A model generated the notes under the pieces. The model had not been told where the DNA came from. It worked only from the letters and a program-made list of their open reading frames with translations, and made no database searches. The translations under genes and the position numbers were made by a program. DNA of 64,000 nt from assembly GCA_964528595.1 (NCBI GenBank), contig CAZGTM010000008.1, positions 1,133 through 65,132 on the forward strand. Reading direction: 5' to 3'. The DNA comes from an uncultured Rhodospirillaceae bacterium. GTDB lineage: Bacteria; Pseudomonadota; Alphaproteobacteria; UBA2966. Positions 57,233 to 64,000 of the stretch are shown here, in pieces. Each line of letters begins with the position of its first letter. Positions within the stretch are counted from its first letter, which is position 1.

Positions 57233-59617
57233 ATGAGGGCGTTGGAACGGACAATTTGGGTGCCCGCCGGCATATTCGTTGCGTTGGCGCTGGCGTTGTC
57301 ATGGCTGTGGCAGGTCAACGACGCCAACACGGCGGCGCGTATCCGCTCGAACACGGCTCTGGTGGCGGAACAGATCTCGGTCCGCCTGGATTCACTCATC
57401 TCCGCGCGTCTCACGTTGGCGGAACATTTTCGCCGCGAATGGGCCGGCCGGGATGAATCCGATCAGGCTTCTTTCGTTCGCGAAGCACATTCGCTGCACA
57501 AGTTGTTCCCAAATTTCCAAGCCATAAGCTGGATCGACAACGACGGCATGATTCGCTGGGTCACGCCGCTCAAAGGCAACGAAGCGGCACTGGGGCTGAA
57601 TATCCGCCGACATGCCTTCGCCGGCCCCGTTCTTGCCGCCGCGGAAAAAAGCGGTACGACGCAAGTGACGCCGCCCATCGACCTGGCCCAGGGCGGCAAG
57701 GGTTTCGTCGCCTATGGCCCGCTGAAGAACAGGAACGGCGCCGCCGGGTTCATTAATCTCGTATTCCGCATTCATCCCCTGATACGGACTGCCGTGGAAT
57801 CCAGCGCGGCGGATGATTACATCCTCGCCATCTCGGACGGCGAGTTTCCCGTCTTTGGCGCAGCCTCTGCCGAAGGCGCAAACGCTGAGACGGTCCGACG
57901 CCATTTCACGATTGCCAACCGGACCTGGACGATTTCGCTTCGGCCCACGGCTGCCCACCTTGCGTCAAATTCGTCGCAGACCGTCAAGGTCATCCTTTTG
58001 TTCGGCTTGGTCCTCTCCGCCGTGTTGGCGTTCGTGCTCCGGCTGTACCTCCTGCGGCAGGAGGGCCGAAAACTGGAAATCGTTGAGCGCAGATGCATTG
58101 AAAGCGAACTCGTCCGTTCCCAGGAGCGCTTCCGCGATCTGGCGGAAACCAGCTCTGATTTCTTTTGGGAAATGGATGCTGATCTCAGGGTTTCAAACGT
58201 TTCCGCGAAGTGGTCGGATATAACCGGCGTGCCGAGAGAGCAGGTTATCGGTACGATCCAGGGACCCGGCGACGCGGGTGACCTGCCGCAATCGGTCTGG
58301 GACGCCCATCTCGCCGACTTCGAGGCACGCCGGGCGTTCAGCGAATTTCGCTACCCGCAACAGCATGCGACGCGCGGCACCATTTGGCTGTCGTCAAGCG
58401 GCAAGCCGGTGTTTGATGACAAAGGAAATTTCACCGGATATCGCGGCACGGGACGGGATGTTACCGACCGAAAGCGCGCGGAGGAAGCTCTCGAGGAAAC
58501 CCTGGCCGAGTTCAGCGCCGTCATGGAAGCGATAAATTACGGCGTACTCTTTATGGATGCCGATCTTCGGGCGCGGATCGCCAACAAGGCGTTCCAGAAG
58601 ATGTGGAACTTCCCGGACGAATTGATCGAGAGACAGGCGACCATGAAGGAATTCGTCGAGCAAAACCGGCACACCGGCCTTTATCCTGTGCGCGACGAAG
58701 ATTTCGACGATTATGTGGCGGAGCGGGTGGCGCGGGTTCGTCAGGGCGCTATTCCGCCGACCGAAATGGTCCGCGCTGACGGGGTCGTACTGCTGTATCA
58801 GTGTTATGCCCTGCCGAACGGCGGCCGCATGCTGACCTATTTCGATATTACCGAGCGCAAGAAAATCGGTGACAGCCTTAAGATCGCCAAGGAGAAGGCG
58901 GAGTATGCGGACCGGGCCAAAACGGAGTTTCTCGCCAACATGAGCCACGAGCTGCGGACACCCCTGAATTCGATCATCGGTTTTTCCGAAATACTCAAAA
59001 TCGAGGCGTTCGGCCCCATCGGGGACGTCAAGTACCGGGAATATGCCTCCGATATCAACGCCTCTGGCAGTCATCTTCTGGAGTTGATTGGTGACATCCT
59101 CGATGTATCGAAGATCGAAGCGGACCAGCTGGAATTATCCGAGAGCGTCTTGGATCCCGGAGAACTGGTGGACAGCTGCCTGCGCATGATGCGGGAGCGG
59201 GCCAACCGCGGTGGCATCAGCCTGGAAACCGAAGTTCGCGTTAGTCCGACGCACTTCGTCGGGGATGCCGTCCGCCTGAAACAGATCATCCTCAATCTGC
59301 TTTCCAACGCCATCAAATTTACGCCGGCCGGGGGATCGGTCAAAGTCGCCGGGTTTCTGGAAGACGATGGGCTGACGATCCAGGTTTCGGATACCGGGGT
59401 CGGTATCGCGCCGGAGGACATGGTCAAAGTGATGACGCCGTTCCAGCAGGTGCTGCGCGATCATGATCGGGCTTCGGAGGGCACGGGGTTGGGCGTTCAT
59501 CTCTGCAATTCCCTGACCGAGTTGCACGGGGGTGAGTTTTCCATGGAAAGCTGCCCCGGCAAGGGAACCACCGTAACCCTCAGGTTTCCACCGGAACGAT
59601 CGGTACGTCTCACTTAA
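57233..59617 (+). CDS. Sensor histidine kinase with N-terminal periplasmic sensing domain (CHASE-like), TM, PAS domains, HisKA and HATPase_c
   Basis: TM1 after MRALERTIWVPAGIFVALALALSWL, a second TM near aa 250, and PAS units. HisKA (MSHELRTPLNSIIGF). HATPase (DTGVGIAPEDM...GTGLGVHLCNSL). Confidence 0.88.
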   Translation: MRALERTIWVPAGIFVALALALSWLWQVNDANTAARIRSNTALVAEQISVRLDSLISARLTLAEHFRREWAGRDESDQASFVREAHSLHKLFPNFQAISWIDNDGMIRWVTPLKGNEAALGLNIRRHAFAGPVLAAAEKSGTTQVTPPIDLAQGGKGFVAYGPLKNRNGAAGFINLVFRIHPLIRTAVESSAADDYILAISDGEFPVFGAASAEGANAETVRRHFTIANRTWTISLRPTAAHLASNSSQTVKVILLFGLVLSAVLAFVLRLYLLRQEGRKLEIVERRCIESELVRSQERFRDLAETSSDFFWEMDADLRVSNVSAKWSDITGVPREQVIGTIQGPGDAGDLPQSVWDAHLADFEARRAFSEFRYPQQHATRGTIWLSSSGKPVFDDKGNFTGYRGTGRDVTDRKRAEEALEETLAEFSAVMEAINYGVLFMDADLRARIANKAFQKMWNFPDELIERQATMKEFVEQNRHTGLYPVRDEDFDDYVAERVARVRQGAIPPTEMVRADGVVLLYQCYALPNGGRMLTYFDITERKKIGDSLKIAKEKAEYADRAKTEFLANMSHELRTPLNSIIGFSEILKIEAFGPIGDVKYREYASDINASGSHLLELIGDILDVSKIEADQLELSESVLDPGELVDSCLRMMRERANRGGISLETEVRVSPTHFVGDAVRLKQIILNLLSNAIKFTPAGGSVKVAGFLEDDGLTIQVSDTGVGIAPEDMVKVMTPFQQVLRDHDRASEGTGLGVHLCNSLTELHGGEFSMESCPGKGTTVTLRFPPERSVRLT

Positions 59618-59630
59618 ACCGGGGCTTTGC

Positions 59631-62600
59631 TCAAACGCTGCCCGCGGCGGCCAACAGTGAGGCATTACCGCCCGCGGCCGTAGTGTCGATACAGAGGTGG
59701 CGCTCAAGCAGCAGCGCGCCGGGCGGCGGCAGTTCGGATATCAGCGGAACAATTGGGCCATCGCGCTCGGCCAGGGCCATACGGTAGGGCTTGATCGCCT
59801 CGGGCGACGCCCACCACAGGACGGCCTGAAAGCCTGACGTTGTTTGCAGGGCAGGGGGCGTCGGCCGACCGTCGAGTAGGGCTGCGGCAGCGTCCGGAAT
59901 GTCGAGATCCAGGTTTGCCAAACTCAGATCGGGAGCGGCAAGCAACACCCGGTTTCCCGCCGACAATGCCACTTGCGCCTGCGTGATTGCCATATCCGCC
60001 GTTGGCCCCAGGCAGAGAATGGTTCCCCTCGGATGATGGCTTAAACGGTTCGACTCGCCGGTCGGGCCTGGCAGGGAGAGCGATGGGGCCGGTTCACGCG
60101 CGGGCAGAGGGCCCCCCGTCAGGCTGTCCAATGCGGACTGAAGTTCTTCCGCCCCGATTTCGCGCGCCTGTGGAGGCGCCCCGTTGGCAGCGTGTTCTAT
60201 GGTGAAGTTGGCGACATAGTGGGGACCGCCCGCTTTCGGTCCGGTACCGGAAAGTCCTTCGCCGCCGAACGGCTGAGAGCCGACGACGGCGCCGATCTGG
60301 TTTCGGTTGACGTAGATGTTGCCGGCGTGAACGCGCTCGACTACCTGTTGGACGCGCGAATCAACCCGGGTGTGAAGTCCGAACGTCAGGCCGTAGCCCT
60401 TCGCGTTGATGCGGTCGACGACGTTATCGAGGTCGGCGGCGTCAAACGTCGCAACGTGCAGCACCGGCCCGAATACCTCCCGTTCGATATCCTCGATGCC
60501 GTCGACGCGGATGACGCAAGGGCTCGCGTAAAGGCCGTGATCCGGAATTTCGAGGATCTTCAGCAGGCGTTTGTCCCGCCGCGCCAACGCCACGTGTTTG
60601 TCGATCATTGCTTTGGCGTCGCGGTCGATCACGGGTCCGATATCGGTGGCGATATCCCAGGGATCGCCGATTTTCAGTTCGTCCATGGCGCCGAACAACA
60701 TCTCCAGGGTGTGGTCGGCGATGTCACTTTGCAGGTAAAGGACGCGTAGGGCCGAACAGCGCTGGCCGGCGCTTTGGAAAGCCGATGCCAGCACGTCCCG
60801 GACGACCTGTTCGGGTAAGGCGGTCGAATCGACGATCATGGCGTTGAGGCCACCGGTTTCGGCGATCAGCGTGGCGCCGGGCGCTGCGCTTTTTGCCATC
60901 GTCCGGTTGATCAGCCGGGCGGTATCGGTCGAGCCCGTAAAGCACATGCCGGCGAGACGCGCATCGGCGGAAATGGCGGCGCCGACGACCGGCCCGTCCC
61001 CCGGCAAGAGGTGCAGGACGTTATTCGGGATACCCGCCTCATGCAGCAGCGCGGCGGCGCGGGCGGCGATCAGCGGCGTTTGTTCGGCGGGCTTGGCGAT
61101 CACGGCATTCCCGGCGGCCAGGGCGGCGGCGACCTGGCCGGTGAATATGGCCAGGGGGAAATTCCAGGGCGATATGCAGCCGATGATGCCGCGGGGCGTC
61201 GAGTGCGGGTCGAGGCGATCGGCTTCAGCGGCGTAGTAGCGCAGAAAATCGACGGCTTCGCGGACTTCGGCGATGGCGTCGGGCAACGTCTTTCCGGCCT
61301 CACGGCTGCACAGCGCGAAAAACTCTTCGGCATGCGCTTCATAGAGGTCTGCTGCGGCGTGTAGAACGGCCGCTCTGTTCTCGGCGGAGCGGCTCGACCA
61401 ACCAGAAATTCCGGCTTCGGCACTTGAAAAGGCCGCTTCAATGTCCGCTGCGCCTGATGGGACGACGAACCCGGCAATATCCCCGGGCGATGCAGGGTTA
61501 CGGACCTCGAACGATGAGCCAGGGCTTTCCGTCCCGCCGCCGGTTGTCGGCACAGCGTGCCATTGGTGGGAGTGATATTTGTTCCGTTGCCGGTCGATGT
61601 CGCTCAGCGTTGCGGTGTCCGTGAAATCCCAACCCTTGGCATTTATTCGTTCCTTTCCGAATATTGCGGCGGGCCGAGTTACCGATGGATTGGCATACTG
61701 GCCGGCAGCGTCCTCGAGTTGGCCGAAGGGGTCAGGCGCCACCGCCGCCGGCGCTACCTCGGGATCGACCACGCGGTTGACGAACGAACTGTTGGCGCCG
61801 TTTTCGAGCAGCCGGCGCACCAGATAGGCCAGCAGGTCGCGGTGCCGGCCGACCGGGGCGTAGATGCGGCAGGCCCGGCCTTTGTCCTCGCGCATGACCC
61901 GGTGGAGCGCCTCCCCCATGCCGTGGAGCCGCTGAAATTCGAAAGGCGTGTCATCATCCGCCATATGCAGGATAGCGGCGGCGCTGTGGGCGTTGTGCGT
62001 GGCGAACTGCGGATAAATCCGATCCGTCATGGCCAACAGGCCGCGGGCGCAGGCGAGATAACAGGCGTCAGTCGCCGACTTCCGCGTAAAGACCGGAAAG
62101 CCGTCCAGGCCCAGGACTTGCGCCCGCTTGATTTCGGCATCCCAGTAGGCGCCTTTGACCAGGCGCACCATGATGCGGCGGTCGTGGCGTGCGGCCAAGG
62201 CGTGGAGCCACTCCAGCACCGGCAAGGCGCGCGCACTGTAGCTCTGGATCACGACGCCGAAGCCGTCCCAGCCGGCCAGAGCCGGGTCGGCGAGAACGCT
62301 TTCGATGACGTCGAGCGAGGGATCGAGGCGGTCGGCTTCCTCAGCGTCGATGTTGAAGCCGATATTGGCCGATTTTGCCAGTGACGCCAGAGCCAGGACG
62401 CGCGGTGTCAATTCGGTTCTGATGCGGTCGCGCTGCGTCGCCTCGAAGCGGGGGTGAAGGGCTGACAGTTTGACTGAAATACCGGGGTTCTCACGCAGCT
62501 CTTCGGAATGGGCCTCTTTGGCAAGGGCCGTAATGGCCGAGGAATAGGCGAGATGGTAGTGCCGGGCGTCTTCTTCCGTACAGGCGGCTTCCCCAAGCAT

Positions 62601-63200
62601 GTCGTAGGAATAGGAATAACCCTTGGCCTCCATGCCACGGGCCCGTTCGATGGCCTCTTCGATCGAGGTGCCGAGCACGAACTGGCGACCCAACTCGCGC
62701 ATCGCCTGCGATGCCGCCGTGCGGATAACGGGTTCGCCGAGCCGCTTCAGGGCGCCGCGCAACACGCCGGCCAGCGTATCGCCGTGCACGTCGAGCACCT
62801 TGCCGGTCAGCATCAGGCCCCAGGTCGAGGCATTGACCAGCGACGAACTGGAATGGCCGAGATGACGGCCCCAGTCCGACGGTGCGATCTTGTCCTCGAT
62901 CAGTTGATCGATGGTCAGTGTATCGGGGACGCGCAGAAGGGCTTCGGCCAGGCACATCAGGGCGACGCCCTCCCGGGTCGAAAGGCCGTATTCGGAGAGA
63001 AACACTTCCATCAGGCCCGGACTGCCCGCCGACCGGATGGCGCGCACCAAATCTGCCGCGTCGGTGTCGATGGTAGCGCGTGCCGTGCGCGAAAGGCCCG
63101 CCTTTTCCACGAGTTCCGGCACGATGGTTGCCTCATCGGCCAAGTACATGGCCTGTATGCGCTGCCTCAGTTCCGGCAAGTCAGGTTTCGCCGATGACAT
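59631..63200 (-). CDS. putA: Bifunctional proline dehydrogenase / L-glutamate gamma-semialdehyde (P5C) dehydrogenase
   Basis: 1189 aa. N-terminal PutA arm/alpha domain, PRODH barrel, and an ALDH domain with the catalytic Cys region. Divergent Lrp-type regulator downstream. Confidence 0.95.
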   Translation of the reverse strand: MSSAKPDLPELRQRIQAMYLADEATIVPELVEKAGLSRTARATIDTDAADLVRAIRSAGSPGLMEVFLSEYGLSTREGVALMCLAEALLRVPDTLTIDQLIEDKIAPSDWGRHLGHSSSSLVNASTWGLMLTGKVLDVHGDTLAGVLRGALKRLGEPVIRTAASQAMRELGRQFVLGTSIEEAIERARGMEAKGYSYSYDMLGEAACTEEDARHYHLAYSSAITALAKEAHSEELRENPGISVKLSALHPRFEATQRDRIRTELTPRVLALASLAKSANIGFNIDAEEADRLDPSLDVIESVLADPALAGWDGFGVVIQSYSARALPVLEWLHALAARHDRRIMVRLVKGAYWDAEIKRAQVLGLDGFPVFTRKSATDACYLACARGLLAMTDRIYPQFATHNAHSAAAILHMADDDTPFEFQRLHGMGEALHRVMREDKGRACRIYAPVGRHRDLLAYLVRRLLENGANSSFVNRVVDPEVAPAAVAPDPFGQLEDAAGQYANPSVTRPAAIFGKERINAKGWDFTDTATLSDIDRQRNKYHSHQWHAVPTTGGGTESPGSSFEVRNPASPGDIAGFVVPSGAADIEAAFSSAEAGISGWSSRSAENRAAVLHAAADLYEAHAEEFFALCSREAGKTLPDAIAEVREAVDFLRYYAAEADRLDPHSTPRGIIGCISPWNFPLAIFTGQVAAALAAGNAVIAKPAEQTPLIAARAAALLHEAGIPNNVLHLLPGDGPVVGAAISADARLAGMCFTGSTDTARLINRTMAKSAAPGATLIAETGGLNAMIVDSTALPEQVVRDVLASAFQSAGQRCSALRVLYLQSDIADHTLEMLFGAMDELKIGDPWDIATDIGPVIDRDAKAMIDKHVALARRDKRLLKILEIPDHGLYASPCVIRVDGIEDIEREVFGPVLHVATFDAADLDNVVDRINAKGYGLTFGLHTRVDSRVQQVVERVHAGNIYVNRNQIGAVVGSQPFGGEGLSGTGPKAGGPHYVANFTIEHAANGAPPQAREIGAEELQSALDSLTGGPLPAREPAPSLSLPGPTGESNRLSHHPRGTILCLGPTADMAITQAQVALSAGNRVLLAAPDLSLANLDLDIPDAAAALLDGRPTPPALQTTSGFQAVLWWASPEAIKPYRMALAERDGPIVPLISELPPPGALLLERHLCIDTTAAGGNASLLAAAGSV

Positions 63201-63350
63201 GTCGCTCCCGCCGTCAGGTTCAGTGGTTAGATCAATTTACCGCCCATTTATTGTGACCCGTTCACGCTAGGATTTGGTCCTGAATACCTTGCAAAACGTA
63301 GGTATATTCACTAAATTATCAGAAATTTACGTTATAAAAACACTAGAAAA

Positions 63351-63809
63351 ATGTCAGAATATAGTGAATTAGACCAAATTGACTTCCGCATTCTGGTCGA
63401 ATTGTCCAACCGGGGCCGCCTGACCGTGACGGAATTGGCGGCGCGCGTCGGCTTGTCCAAGACGCCCTGTCAGGCCCGCATGAAGCGCCTTGAGAAGGAG
63501 GGCTACATTCGGGGCTACCGCGCCGTCATCGACCAGAAGCGCCTCGGCATGACCCATGTGGCGTTCGTCGAGGTCAAATTGTCCGATACCACGGCCCCCG
63601 CGCTCGAGGCCTTCAATCGAGCCGTGCTGAGCATCGTCGATATTGAACAATGCCACATGATCGCCGGCGGTTTCGACTATCTTCTCAAGGTCCGCACGCG
63701 CGGCATGGAGGCCTACCGCCGGCTGCTGGGCGAGGAAATTTCGCGGCTGCCCCACGTCGCGCAGACCAGCACCTACATGTCGATGGAGGAGGTCAAGGAT
63801 CTGGCCTGA
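63351..63809 (+). CDS. putR: Lrp/AsnC family transcriptional regulator (PutR-like proline-responsive activator)
   Basis: HTH_AsnC (LDQIDFRILVELSNRGRLTVTELAARVGLSKTPCQARMKRLEKEGYIRGY) plus a RAM domain. Divergent from putA across an AT-rich 150-bp region. Confidence 0.88.
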   Translation: MSEYSELDQIDFRILVELSNRGRLTVTELAARVGLSKTPCQARMKRLEKEGYIRGYRAVIDQKRLGMTHVAFVEVKLSDTTAPALEAFNRAVLSIVDIEQCHMIAGGFDYLLKVRTRGMEAYRRLLGEEISRLPHVAQTSTYMSMEEVKDLA

Positions 63810-63827
63810 GCAGCGGCCGCCGGAAAC

Positions 63828-64000
63828 CTAAACGATAACGTCTTCCAACGCCTTGGGATGCTGGGTGATTTGCTCACAACCGTCGTCGGTTACGATAAAG
63901 CTGTCGCCAACTTGCGCCCGAAACGATTTTTCAACACTGACCGATCCGTCAACGGCGAAAACCATACCTGGCTGTAGAACCGTCTTGTCGCCGTACACGA
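63828..64000 (-). CDS. M24 family metallopeptidase (Xaa-Pro aminopeptidase/creatinase-like), C-terminal end only
   Basis: The minus-strand frame ending at TAG (63828-63830) reads ...VYGDKTVLQPGMVFAVDGSVSVEKSFRAQVGDSFIVTDDGCEQITQHPKALEDVIV*, the typical M24 C-terminus. It extends beyond the window end. Confidence 0.55.
   Translation of the reverse strand, partial: VYGDKTVLQPGMVFAVDGSVSVEKSFRAQVGDSFIVTDDGCEQITQHPKALEDVIV

Noticed and set aside
1-64000. Looked for CRISPR arrays, tRNA/rRNA genes, IS elements/transposases, integrases, toxin-antitoxin or phage-defence modules
   Set aside because: No direct-repeat/spacer arrays were visible. No transposase- or integrase-like ORFs. No tRNA-like cloverleaf candidates in the intergenic spacers (1707-1953, 28936-29149, 52043-52177, 54324-54514). 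The window looks like core chromosome with accessory metabolic islands, not a mobile element.

Overview
This is a GC-rich chromosomal segment. Its gene content and synteny (xseB-ispA-dxs-tlyA, aroC-fabI, divergent putR/putA, many PAS sensor kinases, RND efflux, a polyamine-type ABC transporter) look alphaproteobacterial (Rhodospirillales-like); that placement is an inference from gene order and composition. I call about 54 protein-coding genes, two of them partial at the window edges. I found no rRNA, tRNA, CRISPR array, IS element or phage module.

Most of the window is housekeeping or accessory metabolism:
- RND efflux pair
- HDAC-like amidohydrolase with an aromatic amino-acid decarboxylase
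- isoprenoid operon
- chorismate synthase and FabI
- 3-hydroxyanthranilate dioxygenase in an operon with a DapA-like aldolase, a molybdenum-hydroxylase large subunit and a secreted VWA protein
- DnaJ/CbpA-like protein
- a 972-aa Sel1-repeat protein with a long E/A/K/R low-complexity core
- PdxH, a CDF transporter, tandem USP, an SDR
- polyamine-type ABC transporter
- CcdA
- adenylate cyclase-TPR
- omega-transaminase
- a lipid-remodelling-like trio
- three PAS histidine kinases
- PutA with PutR

The stand-out observation is three separate thioredoxin-fold genes, each interrupted by exactly one in-frame TGA at the position of the N-terminal catalytic cysteine. The ORF track splits or truncates all three:
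- 18801..19481 (+) carries FGSFT-[TGA]-PYC.
- 40307..40741 (-) carries DFGAKW-[TGA]-GTC and sits directly downstream of ccdA.
- 52178..53308 (+) carries TWASW-[TGA]-GC.

I interpret these as candidate selenocysteine (UxxC/UxC) redox proteins. That implies a Sec-decoding trait (selA/selB/selC/selD) encoded elsewhere in the genome.

Other points of interest:
- an AT-rich divergent promoter with three perfect palindromes
- GC-rich bidirectional terminator hairpins next to a G-quadruplex-like run
- a strongly expressed-looking 78-aa orphan ORF
- several unusual gene neighbourhoods
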